Source: a plasmid. From it: a stretch of 64,000 nucleotides of DNA. The notes under the pieces were generated by a model, which did no database searches, was not told the origin of the DNA, and was given only the letters and a program-made list of their open reading frames with translations. Positions 1 to 9,552 of this stretch are shown in pieces. The stretch is from the NCBI RefSeq assembly GCF_054482525.1, contig NZ_JBTHVG010000007.1, one strand, 5' to 3'. Position 1 is the first letter of the stretch. Each line of letters starts with the position of its first letter. Made by a program: the position numbers and the translations under genes.

Positions 1-329
1 CCATAGCTGGAGATGCCGAGCGCAAAAAGGATCAAGGCTATGGCAGACGGCAGCGTGAAGCCAGCCCAAGCAGCCAGCGCCCCGCTGTATCCAGCCCGAG
101 ACAGTCCTACCGCTATGCCGACCTGGCTGCTTGCAGGCCCTGGCAAGAACTGACAAAGCGCGACCAAGTCAGCATAGCTCCGTTCGGAGAGCCAGCGCCG
201 CCGTGTGACAAATTCGGCGCGGAAGTAGCCCAAGTGCGCAATGGGGCCGCCAAAAGATGTCAATCCAAGCCGCAGAAAAATAAGAAAGACCGACCATGGT
301 CTGCTGTCATCGGTAGGGTTATTCGTCAT
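1..329 (-). CDS. chrA: Chromate transporter ChrA, 5' portion (gene runs off the window start)
   Basis: Minus-strand translation reads MTNNPTDDSRPWSVFLIFLRLGLTSFGGPIAHLGYFRAEFVTRRRWLSE..., matching the ChrA N-terminus as I recall it; fits the known sul1-orf5(truncated)-chrA arrangement. Confidence 0.6.
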   Translation of the reverse strand, partial: MTNNPTDDSRPWSVFLIFLRLGLTSFGGPIAHLGYFRAEFVTRRRWLSERSYADLVALCQFLPGPASSQVGIAVGLSRAGYSGALAAWAGFTLPSAIALILFALGISSY

Positions 330-484
330 ACTTTCGCCTTCATGATCTGCAACGAGTTGATCAATAATAAGCGAAATTCGATAACGAAATTCGATATAAA
401 TCTAGAAAAAAATACCTCTATGTGTACTACGCAGTTTTAGCTGTGGCTTTCACAGGAGCACGCTTACTTACGGCTTAGCGTGCT

Positions 485-688
485 TTATTTTCCGTTTTCT
501 GAGGCGATCCCTAGGAGCTCGGATCTCAGGACGAAGGTCTCCGCGAATGTCCGGTCGATCCGCGCGACGTCCCAGGCGGGCGTTCCCTTGGCGGACATCC
601 ACGCCGCAGCGTCGTGCATCAGCCGCACAACCTCGTCGATATCACCCGAGCAGGCGACCCGAACGTTCGGAGGCTCCTCGCTGTCCAT
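485..688 (-). pseudogene. Truncated orf5 (GNAT acetyltransferase) of the integron 3'-conserved segment
   Basis: MDSEEPPNVRVACSGDIDEVVRLMHDAAAWMSAKGTPAWDVARIDRTFAETFVLRSELL matches the orf5 N-terminus, then diverges and stops after about 59 native codons. Confidence 0.7.
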
Positions 689-815
689 TCGCTCCCCTGG
701 CGCGGTATGAACCGCCGCCTCATAGTGCAGTTTGATCCTGACGAGCCCAGCATGTCTGCGCCCACCTTCGCGGAACCTGACCAGGGTCCGCTAGCGGGCG
801 GCCGGAAGGTGAATG

Positions 816-1655
816 CTAGGCATGATCTAACCCTCGGTCTCTGGCGTCGCGACTGCGAAATTTCGCGAGGGTTTCCGAGAAGGTGATTGCGCTTCGCAGA
901 TCTCCAGGCGCGTGGGTGCGGACGTAGTCAGCGCCATTGCCGATCGCGTGAAGTTCCGCCGCAAGGCTCGCTGGACCCAGATCCTTTACAGGAAGGCCAA
1001 CGGTGGCGCCCAAGAAGGATTTCCGCGACACCGAGACCAATAGCGGAAGCCCCAACGCCGACTTCAGCTTTTGAAGGTTCGACAGCACGTGCAGCGATGT
1101 TTCCGGTGCGGGGCTCAAGAAAAATCCCATCCCCGGATCGAGGATGAGCCGGTCGGCAGCGACCCCGCTCCGTCGCAAGGCGGAAACCCGCGCCTCGAAG
1201 AACCGCACAATCTCGTCGAGCGCGTCTTCGGGTCGAAGGTGACCGGTGCGGGTGGCGATGCCATCCCGCTGCGCTGAGTGCATAACCACCAGCCTGCAGT
1301 CCGCCTCAGCAATATCGGGATAGAGCGCAGGGTCAGGAAATCCTTGGATATCGTTCAGGTAGCCCACGCCGCGCTTGAGCGCATAGCGCTGGGTTTCCGG
1401 TTGGAAGCTGTCGATTGAAACACGGTGCATCTGATCGGACAGGGCGTCTAAGAGCGGCGCAATACGTCTGATCTCATCGGCCGGCGATACAGGCCTCGCG
1501 TCCGGATGGCTGGCGGCCGGTCCGACATCCACGACGTCTGATCCGACTCGCAGCATTTCGATCGCCGCGGTGACAGCGCCGGCGGGGTCTAGCCGCCGGC
1601 TCTCATCGAAGAAGGAGTCCTCGGTGAGATTCAGAATGCCGAACACCGTCACCAT
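816..1655 (-). CDS. sul1: Sulfonamide-resistant dihydropteroate synthase Sul1
   Basis: 279-aa product [28 protein letters not shown]...; start overlaps qacEdelta1 stop as in the 3'-CS. Confidence 0.95.
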   Translation of the reverse strand: MVTVFGILNLTEDSFFDESRRLDPAGAVTAAIEMLRVGSDVVDVGPAASHPDARPVSPADEIRRIAPLLDALSDQMHRVSIDSFQPETQRYALKRGVGYLNDIQGFPDPALYPDIAEADCRLVVMHSAQRDGIATRTGHLRPEDALDEIVRFFEARVSALRRSGVAADRLILDPGMGFFLSPAPETSLHVLSNLQKLKSALGLPLLVSVSRKSFLGATVGLPVKDLGPASLAAELHAIGNGADYVRTHAPGDLRSAITFSETLAKFRSRDARDRGLDHA

Positions 1656-1996
1656 GGCGTCGGCCTCCGCAGCGACTTCCACGATGGGGATCGGGCGAGC
1701 AAAAAGGCAGCAATTATGAGCCCCATACCTACAAAGCCCCACGCATCAAGCTTTTGCCCATGAAGCAACCAGGCAATGGCTGTAATTATGACGACGCCGA
1801 GTCCCGACCAGACTGCATAAGCAACACCGACAGGGATGGATTTCAGAACCAGAGAAAGAAAATAAAATGCGATGCCATAACCGATTATGACAACGGCGGA
1901 AGGGGCAAGCTTAGTAAAGCCCTCGCTAGATTTTAATGCGGATGTTGCGATTACTTCGCCAACTATTGCGATAACAAGAAAAAGCCAGCCTTTCAT
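1649..1996 (-). CDS. qacEdelta1: QacEdelta1 small multidrug resistance efflux protein
   Basis: 115-aa [30 protein letters not shown]...; position immediately upstream of sul1. Confidence 0.9.
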   Translation of the reverse strand: MKGWLFLVIAIVGEVIATSALKSSEGFTKLAPSAVVIIGYGIAFYFLSLVLKSIPVGVAYAVWSGLGVVIITAIAWLLHGQKLDAWGFVGMGLIIAAFLLARSPSWKSLRRPTPW

Positions 1997-2201
1997 GATA
2001 TATCTCCCAATTTGTGTAGGGCTTATTATGCACGCTTAAAAATAATAAAAGCAGACTTGACCTGATAGTTTGGCTGTGAGCAATTATGTGCTTAGTGCAT
2101 CTAACGCATAGTTGAGCGGCGGGCGCAGCCCGTCCGCTTGAACGCCGAGTTAGGCATCAGATGCCCTCGGCGCGGGTCGATGCACTTTTCGCACATGCCG
2201 C

Positions 2202-2990
2202 TCAACGCAAGATTCTCTCAATCGTTGCTTTGGCATATCGAACGAACGCGGCCGTCTCTTCGACGCGCATTGCTAGGTCGTCGTCCTCGCTACCCAGGTA
2301 CGCCGCGCGTGCCTTGCAGATGAGGGGCCGATGCTCGGCAGGCAAACGCTCCGATACCCATGCGGCAGCAACGTCCTTAGGAGCAATGAGACCAGTTGAA
2401 GCGCTGTACCAAATGCGAGCAAGAGCAAGAACGACGTTCCGCTCGTCACCCTTCCAATCCGACTCTGCATTCCACTGGGCAATAGTGTCGAAAAGCGCCT
2501 TGGAGAAATGCTCCTTCGGCACCGGCTCGAAAAACGTGGCTGCGGATGGGCCTAGAAGCGCAAGGCTGTGTTGCCTCGCCTTGGTCAGCAAAATCGCAAG
2601 ATCGTGATCCAGAACGGCAGGCTCGAACGTTCCGGAAAGGATGTCGTGGCGGAGCCACTCACCGAACTGAAGCTCACGCCGCGCCGGATAGCGCCAAGGC
2701 ACTACTTCGCTTCGAGCGACAACAGTTAGCTCCAGCGGTCGCCATGTTCCGCCATCGCCTGGCGGTGATGAGACTTTCAGCAAATCGAGCATTAGCGCCT
2801 GCCGGAGCGAATCGTTAGGTGCGGCGCTGACGGTCACGAGCAAGTCTATGTCGCTGTCCGGCTTCAGCCCTCCATCGATCGCAGATCCGAACAGGTGGAT
2901 TGTGTCCAGTGTCGCAGCCAGATGGCGCTCGATCACCGCGCGAGCGTGGGACAGCTGCTTGAAAACTTGTGCAGGGAAAAATTCACCCAT
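2202..2990 (-). CDS. aadA: Aminoglycoside 3''-adenylyltransferase AadA (streptomycin/spectinomycin resistance); allele not determined, possibly aadA16-like
   Basis: 262-aa ORF with AadA motifs (ERHL...HL[FY]GSA[IV]DGGLKP.SDIDLLVTV...GDERNVVL.L.RIWYSA.TG.IAPKDVAA.W); gene cassette between dfrA and 3'-CS with attC-like sequence downstream. Confidence 0.9.
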   Translation of the reverse strand: MGEFFPAQVFKQLSHARAVIERHLAATLDTIHLFGSAIDGGLKPDSDIDLLVTVSAAPNDSLRQALMLDLLKVSSPPGDGGTWRPLELTVVARSEVVPWRYPARRELQFGEWLRHDILSGTFEPAVLDHDLAILLTKARQHSLALLGPSAATFFEPVPKEHFSKALFDTIAQWNAESDWKGDERNVVLALARIWYSASTGLIAPKDVAAAWVSERLPAEHRPLICKARAAYLGSEDDDLAMRVEETAAFVRYAKATIERILR

Positions 2991-3120
2991 GATGCCTAAC
3001 GTTAAGTTCAGCGGCAGCTTTTAAGTTGCGGCTTTGTGGAATACTTTTGCGCAGCAAAACCACAAAGACGCGACTTAAAAGCTGTCCAAGGAGCGAAGCG
3101 ACTGGTGCTGCAACGCATTG

Positions 3121-3594
3121 TTAGCCTTTTTTCCAAATCTGGTATGTATAATTTATATTAGACATAAAAAACTGTTCAAAAACCAAATTGAAATTCTCAG
3201 GCATTATAGGGAATTTGATATCACCTTCGACTTCAACGTGAACAGTAGACAAATGAATTATATCTGCTTTTTCAATAAGGCTATTATAGATTTGACCCCC
3301 GCCAGAGACATATACATGATCTGTAACTTTTGATAGCTCTTTCAAAGCATTTTCTATTGAAGGAAAAACTAGGACGTTTTCATTTGAGCTTGAAATTCCG
3401 TTCTTTGACACTACTGCATATTTGCGATTTGGAAGAACACCCATAGAGTCAAATGTTTTTCTTCCGACAAGGAGCCATTGATTATATGTGAGCGCTTTAA
3501 AGAGTAGTTGCTCACCTTTTACTGACCACGGGATATCAGGACCACTACCGATTACGCCATTTTCTGACACTGCAGAAATCAATGATATTTTCAA
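3121..3594 (-). CDS. dfrA: Trimethoprim-resistant dihydrofolate reductase DfrA (dfrA1-like family; allele not determined, possibly dfrA27-like)
   Basis: 157 codons from a TTG start preceded by AAGGGAG; product [48 protein letters not shown]... typical of dfrA1-family; first cassette next to attI1. Confidence 0.85.
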   Translation of the reverse strand: MKISLISAVSENGVIGSGPDIPWSVKGEQLLFKALTYNQWLLVGRKTFDSMGVLPNRKYAVVSKNGISSSNENVLVFPSIENALKELSKVTDHVYVSGGGQIYNSLIEKADIIHLSTVHVEVEGDIKFPIMPENFNLVFEQFFMSNINYTYQIWKKG

Positions 3595-3751
3595 TTTAAC
3601 TCCCTTAATGGCTAACTTTGTTTTAGGGCGACTGCCCTGCTGCGTAACATCGTTGCTGCTCCATAACATCAAACATCGACCCACGGCGTAACGCGCTTGC
3701 TGCTTGGATGCCCGAGGCATAGACTGTACAAAAAAACAGTCATAACAAGCC

Positions 3752-4765
3752 ATGAAAACCGCCACTGCGCCGTTACCACCGCTGCGTTCGGTCAAGGTTC
3801 TGGACCAGTTGCGTGAGCGCATACGCTACTTGCATTACAGTTTACGAACCGAACAGGCTTATGTCCACTGGGTTCGTGCCTTCATCCGTTTCCACGGTGT
3901 GCGTCACCCGGCAACCTTGGGCAGCAGCGAAGTCGAGGCATTTCTGTCCTGGCTGGCGAACGAGCGCAAGGTTTCGGTCTCCACGCATCGTCAGGCATTG
4001 GCGGCCTTGCTGTTCTTCTACGGCAAGGTGCTGTGCACGGATCTGCCCTGGCTTCAGGAGATCGGAAGACCTCGGCCGTCGCGGCGCTTGCCGGTGGTGC
4101 TGACCCCGGATGAAGTGGTTCGCATCCTCGGTTTTCTGGAAGGCGAGCATCGTTTGTTCGCCCAGCTTCTGTATGGAACGGGCATGCGGATCAGTGAGGG
4201 TTTGCAACTGCGGGTCAAGGATCTGGATTTCGATCACGGCACGATCATCGTGCGGGAGGGCAAGGGCTCCAAGGATCGGGCCTTGATGTTACCCGAGAGC
4301 TTGGCACCCAGCCTGCGCGAGCAGCTGTCGCGTGCACGGGCATGGTGGCTGAAGGACCAGGCCGAGGGCCGCAGCGGCGTTGCGCTTCCCGACGCCCTTG
4401 AGCGGAAGTATCCGCGCGCCGGGCATTCCTGGCCGTGGTTCTGGGTTTTTGCGCAGCACACGCATTCGACCGATCCACGGAGCGGTGTCGTGCGTCGCCA
4501 TCACATGTATGACCAGACCTTTCAGCGCGCCTTCAAACGTGCCGTAGAACAAGCAGGCATCACGAAGCCCGCCACACCGCACACCCTCCGCCACTCGTTC
4601 GCGACGGCCTTGCTCCGCAGCGGTTACGACATTCGAACTGTGCAGGATCTGCTCGGCCATTCCGACGTCTCTACGACGATGATTTACACGCATGTGCTGA
4701 AAGTTGGCGGTGCCGGAGTGCGCTCACCGCTTGATGCGCTGCCGCCCCTCACTAGTGAGAGGTAG
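3752..4765 (+). CDS. intI1: Class 1 integron integrase IntI1
   Basis: 337-aa [53 protein letters not shown]..., tyrosine recombinase motifs (HTLRHSFAT...[15 protein letters not shown]). Confidence 0.95.
3839..3867 (-). promoter_or_regulatory. Integron cassette promoter Pc (TGGACA - 17 bp - TAAACT, the hybrid PcH1 configuration) inside the 5' end of intI1
   Basis: Minus-strand -35 TGGACA (3862-3867) and -10 TAAACT (3839-3844) with 17-bp spacer, directed into the cassette array. Confidence 0.6.
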
Positions 4766-4942
4766 GGCAGCGCAAGTCAATCCTGGCGGATTCACTACCC
4801 CTGCGCGAAGGCCATCGGTGCCGCATCGAACGGCCGGTTGCGGAAAGTCCTCCCTGCGTCCGCTGATGGCCGGCAGCAGCCCGTCGTTGCCTGATGGATC
4901 CAACCCCTCCGCTGCTATAGTGCAGTCGGCTTCTGACGTTCA

Positions 4943-4967
4943 GTGCAGCCGTCTTCTGAAAACGACA
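4943..4967. repeat. IRi, 25-bp terminal inverted repeat at the intI1 end of the class 1 integron
   Basis: Sequence gtgcagccgtcttctgaaaacgaca is the complement of TGTCGTTTTCAGAAGACGGCTGCAC. Confidence 0.75.
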
Positions 4968-5318
4968 ATGGAGGTGGTAGCCGAGGGTGTGGAAACACCC
5001 GACTGCCTTGCGTGGTTGCGGCAGGCGGGTTGCGACACGGTGCAGGGTTTCCTGTTCGCCAGGCCGATGCCGGCGGCGGCCTTCGTCGGCTTCGTCAACC
5101 AATGGAGGAACACCACCATGAACGCCAATGAACCGAGCACCAGTTGCTGCGTGTGCTGCAAGGAAATCCCGCTCGATGCCGCCTTCACGCCGGAAGGGGC
5201 CGAGTACGTGGAGCATTTCTGCGGGCTGGAGTGCTATCAGCGCTTCCAGGCGCGGGCCAGCACTGCGACCGAAACCAGCGTCAAACCGGACGCTTGTGAT
5301 TCGCCGCCGTCAGGTTGA
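4968..5318 (+). CDS. tnpM: TnpM (C-terminal remnant of urf2, EAL-domain protein) of Tn21
   Basis: 116-aa ORF starting immediately after IRi: [42 protein letters not shown]...; Tn21 backbone context. Confidence 0.7.
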
Positions 5319-5443
5319 GGCATACCCTAACCTGATGTCAGATGCCATGTGTAAATTGCGTCAGGATAGGATTGAATTTTGAATTTATTGACATATCTCG
5401 TTGAAGGTCATAGAGTCTTCCCTGACATTTTGCAGGGAATTCC

Positions 5444-5601
5444 ATGACTGGACAGCGCATTGGGTATATCAGGGTCAGCACCTTCGACCAGAACCCGGAA
5501 CGGCAACTGGAAGGCGTCAAGGTTGATCGCGCTTTTAGCGACAAGGCATCCGGCAAGGATGTCAAGCGTCCGCAACTGGAAGCGCTGATAAGCTTCGCCC
5601 G
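5444..5601 (+). pseudogene. tnpR: Tn21 resolvase tnpR, 5' fragment truncated by IS26
   Basis: MTGQRIGYIRVSTFDQNPERQLEGVKVDRAFSDKASGKDVKRPQLEALISFAR then the IS26 inverted repeat; serine recombinase N-terminus. Confidence 0.8.
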
Positions 5602-6421
5602 GGCACTGTTGCAAAGTTAGCGATGAGGCAGCCTTTTGTCTTATTCAAAGGCCTTACATTTCAAAAACTCTGCTTACCAGGCGCATTTCGCCCAGGGGAT
5701 CACCATAATAAAATGCTGAGGTCTGGCCTTTGCGTAGTGCACGCATCACCTCAATACCTTTGATGGTGGCGTAAGCCGTCTTCATGGATTTAAATCCCAG
5801 CGTGGCGTTGATTATCCGTTTCAGTTTGCCATGATCGCATTCAATCACGTTGTTCCGGTACTTAATCTGTCGGTGTTCAACGTCAGACGGGCACCGGCCT
5901 TCGCGTTTGAGCAGAGCAAGCGCGCGACCATAGGCGGGCGCTTTATCCGTGTTGATGAATCGTGGGATCTGCCACTTCTTCACGTTGTTGAGGATTTTAC
6001 CCAGAAACCGGTATGCAGCTTTGCTGTTACGACGGGAGGAGAGATAAAAATCGACAGTGCGGCCCCGGCTGTCGACGGCCCGGTACAGATACGCCCAGCG
6101 GCCATTGACCTTCACGTAGGTTTCATCCATGTGCCACGGGCAAAGATCGGAAGGGTTACGCCAGTACCAGCGCAGCCGTTTTTCCATTTCAGGCGCATAA
6201 CGCTGAACCCAGCGGTAAATCGTGGAGTGATCGACATTCACTCCGCGTTCAGCCAGCATCTCCTGCAGCTCACGGTAACTGATGCCGTATTTGCAGTACC
6301 AGCGTACGGCCCACAGAATGATGTCACGCTGAAAATGCCGGCCTTTGAATGGGTTCATGTGCAGCTCCATCAGCAAAAGGGGATGATAAGTTTATCACCA
6401 CCGACTATTTGCAACAGTGCC
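5602..6421 (-). mobile_element. IS26 copy 1 (820 bp, IS6 family)
   Basis: Bounded by GGCACTGTTGCAAA terminal inverted repeats; encodes Tnp26. Confidence 0.95.
5654..6358 (-). CDS. tnpA: IS26 transposase Tnp26 (copy 1; carries a Thr where copies 2 and 3 have Ala in ...RKGQ[T/A]SAFYY...)
   Basis: MNPFKGRHFQRDIILWAVRWYCKYGISYRELQEMLAERGVNVDHSTIYRWVQRYAPEMEK... Confidence 0.95.
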   Translation of the reverse strand: MNPFKGRHFQRDIILWAVRWYCKYGISYRELQEMLAERGVNVDHSTIYRWVQRYAPEMEKRLRWYWRNPSDLCPWHMDETYVKVNGRWAYLYRAVDSRGRTVDFYLSSRRNSKAAYRFLGKILNNVKKWQIPRFINTDKAPAYGRALALLKREGRCPSDVEHRQIKYRNNVIECDHGKLKRIINATLGFKSMKTAYATIKGIEVMRALRKGQTSAFYYGDPLGEMRLVSRVFEM

Positions 6422-7713
6422 GTCGTAAACGGTCGAGTTTCATGATCCGTTTGAGGTGGGCGAAAAGCATCTCCACCTTCTTTCGTTCGCAGCGAGAGAC
6501 GAGGTACTCCGGTGTCTTGGCGATGCGTCGAGCCACGTCGCGGGCAGCCTCATGGATGCTGCGGACGATCTTCCGATTCGGCGTGTTGGGGCAGCATTTC
6601 GCTTTCAACGGGCAGGTGGCGCAGTCGGTTTGGCTGGAGCGGTAAATGACGGTTTTGGCCTTAGTTACCCGCGACCTTTGCTGGGTGAAGGCGCGCCATT
6701 CACTGCGTAGCGGTTTGCCGGCTGGGCAGCGATATTCATTGGCGTCCTGACTCCAGTGAAAGTCGTTACTGGAGAGGCTGTCGTCCTTGCGCTCGGTCTT
6801 GTCCCACACCGGCACATGCGGTTCGATGTCCTTTTCTTCGACCATCCAGGCCAGCATCGGGGCGGTGCCATAAGCGGTATCGCCGATAAGGCGTTCCGGT
6901 GTGAGATCGAACTGCGCCTCGACACGCTCGACCATCGTCCTAGTCGAATCGACTTCGGCGGTACGGTGCGCCGGGGTAGCTTCCACGTCCATGATCACAC
7001 CGTGCTCAGTGTCGATCAGGTAATTCGTGGAGTAGGCAAAAAAGGCCGGGCCACCTGGCGCTGCTGTCCAACGGGACTGAGGATCAGTGAGCGAAATTTT
7101 CTTGGGAAGAGCCTCAGCCAGCGCCTCTTCATCAAGGGCTTCGAGGTACTCGCGCACTGCGCGGCTGCTGAGCTTTGGATCGTTCCAATCGACCTCATCT
7201 CCCGCCACCCCACGTTGCCGGCTGGCATCCGCCTTAATGATGCTGGCGTCGACGGCGAAACCTTCACCCTTGACTAGGCCGGCTGCCATGCAGCGCCGCA
7301 GCACCTCATTGAATAACCAGCGGAATAGATCGCTGTCACGAAAACGCCCATGGCGATTCTTCGAGAAGGTCGAGTGATTGGGGACTTCGTCTTCCAGACC
7401 CAACCGGCAGAACCAGCGATAGGCCAGGTTCAGGTGCACCTCTTCGCACAATCGCCGCTCGGAACGAATGCCATAGCAAGTAGCCGACGACCAGCATGCG
7501 CACCATCAACTCCGGGTCAATCGAGGGACGCCCGATGGGGCTATAGAAATCTGCCAGGTAGGCACGTAGATCACTGAGATCCAAGCACTGGTCGATGCTG
7601 CGCAGGAGATGTTGGGCCGGGACGTGATCTTCCAGATTGAACGAGTAGAACAGGCGCTGCTGTCCTCCCGGTAACTGTCCCATCATGCTGTTCGCCCCCA
7701 CGCTCGCTGACAA
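6422..7713 (-). pseudogene. IS5/IS1182-family transposase, frameshifted and 3'-truncated by IS26
   Basis: Two overlapping minus-strand frames (N-part MSASVGANSMMGQLPGGQQRLFYSFNLEDHVPAQHLLRSIDQ...; C-part with DDE-like region) that together resemble one transposase; reading frame runs into the IS26 end. Confidence 0.55.
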
Positions 7714-7800
7714 AGCAATTTTGCCAACGGCATGGGGAGGCCGCTACTTTTTCAACAGAATCGGCCGCACACAGCCATTCGGCTCAACAGAACCCTGCCT

Positions 7801-8958
7801 TTACCCCACCAAACTCCGGAAACTCGCCCGGTAGTCCGTCGGCTTGAGATGCACATGTTGGCTGAGGTCGCCGGGTAGCGTGAACAGGCGCGGACCGTCC
7901 CGAAACTGGAACACGCGATACAGATGGAATTGATCGCCCGCCTCCTTGGAGAATTCGAGTTCGTTGTGGCTGACCAAGAAAGACGAGCCTACCCCGCCAT
8001 TGGTGGTTTTCACCTCGATGAAGCGCTCATGGGCGTCCTCTTCGAACGACAGGATGTCGAACCCCGCACCGTCTCCCTGGGTGTCGGACACCCAATCCAG
8101 CCGCTGAAAAAGCTCTGGGTGGCCGAGCTCGGTCAGGCGTTGCTGTTCGTAGCCAATCACCCACTGCTCCCCTGCCCGGCCCAGCTTGCGGTTGGCTTCA
8201 TCGCGAGCGGCATAATCGAACTTTCGCGGTAGGCGTTGCCGTAGAGATGCCGGGGTACGCACAAGCACTTCACGGGCGGGTGGTTCTACCAAAGCCGCTC
8301 GGTAGGTTTTGTCACCCGGAAGTTTTACCTCCTCCAGGGCATCGACAAGAGCGCCGACCGTCTGCTGATGTTCCAGAACGTAGGCGTGTACGGATTTACG
8401 CAGCAGCAGTTGGCTGTTGCCGCGTGGCTTGTAGCCGTTGATATAGGGCAGGCCCAGGGCATCGAGTACGGCGCTAATGTTCTGGTGCTTGAGCTCGACT
8501 GAAGACTTGCTGCGACCGTTCAGCAGTTGGCGCAGTGCCTGGTTGTGCTCGGACTTGTTGTACGGCTCCCCAGCCGCCTCGGCACGCAGCATGTCGAAAT
8601 AGTCTTCGACCGTGGCCAGGACCTCTTCTTCGGACCAGTCTTCGCCGATGCGAATGATGCGAAACCCGAGCCGCGTCAGCGCCGGAACGACGGTCGCCTC
8701 GCCACCGGAGAAGCTGTCAGCAGTGAGCGGGCCCTGCTCGGGAAATTGCTTGCCGAAGGCCACACCGGCGATGGCCTTGGAATCGCAATCGGTGCCGGTC
8801 TTCGGATCACGTACCAGGAAGTCGCGGGACTTGCCGTAGCCGTGGCGCGCCAGGAATTTCGTGCGGCCCAGTTGCACGAACTCATCGATGGCAGCCTGCA
8901 CGGCGGCGGGGCTTCGAAGCTGGGAGAGTTGAGACACAGGGTCCTTCCTTACTGTCAT
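7801..8958 (-). CDS. Putative restriction-endonuclease-like protein: N-terminal DNA-binding-like domain plus C-terminal DUF3883/NOV-C-like PD-(D/E)xK nuclease domain (function inferred)
   Basis: 385 aa from ATG at 8958 (MTVRKDPVSQ...); C-terminal region ...GAGFDILSFEEDAHERFIEVKTTNGG...HLYRVFQF resembles a D...E.K nuclease core. The ORF track extends to 9114 but the upstream part overlaps a separate small ORF. Confidence 0.45.
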   Translation of the reverse strand: MTVRKDPVSQLSQLRSPAAVQAAIDEFVQLGRTKFLARHGYGKSRDFLVRDPKTGTDCDSKAIAGVAFGKQFPEQGPLTADSFSGGEATVVPALTRLGFRIIRIGEDWSEEEVLATVEDYFDMLRAEAAGEPYNKSEHNQALRQLLNGRSKSSVELKHQNISAVLDALGLPYINGYKPRGNSQLLLRKSVHAYVLEHQQTVGALVDALEEVKLPGDKTYRAALVEPPAREVLVRTPASLRQRLPRKFDYAARDEANRKLGRAGEQWVIGYEQQRLTELGHPELFQRLDWVSDTQGDGAGFDILSFEEDAHERFIEVKTTNGGVGSSFLVSHNELEFSKEAGDQFHLYRVFQFRDGPRLFTLPGDLSQHVHLKPTDYRASFRSLVG

Positions 8959-8987
8959 GGTGTGCCGGGAACCGCCGAGCCACGAGA

Positions 8988-9233
8988 TTATGAGTAGCCC
9001 CTGAACAGAAACGTCACGATAAAAGCCGTGAACGCCACCAGGCCCATTAAATCCCTTGCGTATTTGCAGCCCGTGCTGTCCAAACCTGTACCAGGTCCGA
9101 TCAACACGCTCCAACCATTGAGGTACGAAAACACCGCCTGACCGAACAAAAAATGCGTGATAGCCGCCGCAGCCATGACGCCGGAATCGTCAGACAGGCT
9201 GTAGCTGTTGACCATTGCCCTGTACGCCTGCAT
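8988..9233 (-). CDS. Small hydrophobic protein (81 aa), possibly co-transcribed with the downstream nuclease-like gene
   Basis: ORF MQAYRAMVNSY...GLVAFTAFIVTFLFRGYS with hydrophobic stretches; ends about 30 bp before the ATG of the next gene on the same strand. Confidence 0.25.
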   Translation of the reverse strand: MQAYRAMVNSYSLSDDSGVMAAAAITHFLFGQAVFSYLNGWSVLIGPGTGLDSTGCKYARDLMGLVAFTAFIVTFLFRGYS

Positions 9234-9519
9234 CTGAAATGGCTATTGCCCTGATGGGAGCCGGCTTTTCAGCCACCGACACCAGCGATGCCGTCAATAT
9301 TCTTTACCCGATAACCATGACCGTACAAGCTAACAAGGCCTGGCAAGCCAGCGGACTTAAAAAGTCTTTTTTTCTACCATCCCACAAAAAAGTTCGTGGT
9401 GGAGAAAAGATAAGCTATGCAAGGCTTTAGGAGACGTGGTTTTTCAGGATGACGAAGAACGATTCGGCGCTAGGTGCAACATAGGTGCATCGCACGAGCG
9501 CTAGGAACGGCGAAAAAAG

Positions 9520-9552
9520 GCGGACGTGGCGAAATCGGTAGACGCAGCAGAC
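9520..9552 (+). tRNA. tRNA-Leu(UAA) exon 1 fragment (positions 1-32: acceptor 5' strand, D-arm, anticodon-stem 5' strand), cut by IS26
   Basis: GCGGACG-UG-GCGAAAUCGGUAGACGC-A-GCAGA-C has a tRNA-Leu-like D-arm; acceptor strand is exactly complementary to CGUCCGC at 12929-12935 on the minus strand. Confidence 0.6.

Noticed and set aside
1-440. Long open frame on the plus strand at the window start (frame 3 open from 3 to 438)
   Set aside because: The minus-strand translation of the same region is a recognisable ChrA N-terminus; the plus-strand frame is a by-product of high GC
4704-5318. 204-aa plus-strand ORF spanning the end of intI1 through IRi into tnpM
   Set aside because: It crosses the integron boundary (IRi at 4943-4967); only the part from the ATG at 4968 corresponds to the 116-aa TnpM
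7801-9114. Full 437-aa ORF as given in the ORF track for the nuclease-like gene
   Set aside because: The first 52 codons overlap a separate 81-aa ORF in another frame; the internal ATG at 8958 gives a more plausible non-overlapping two-gene arrangement. The choice remains uncertain
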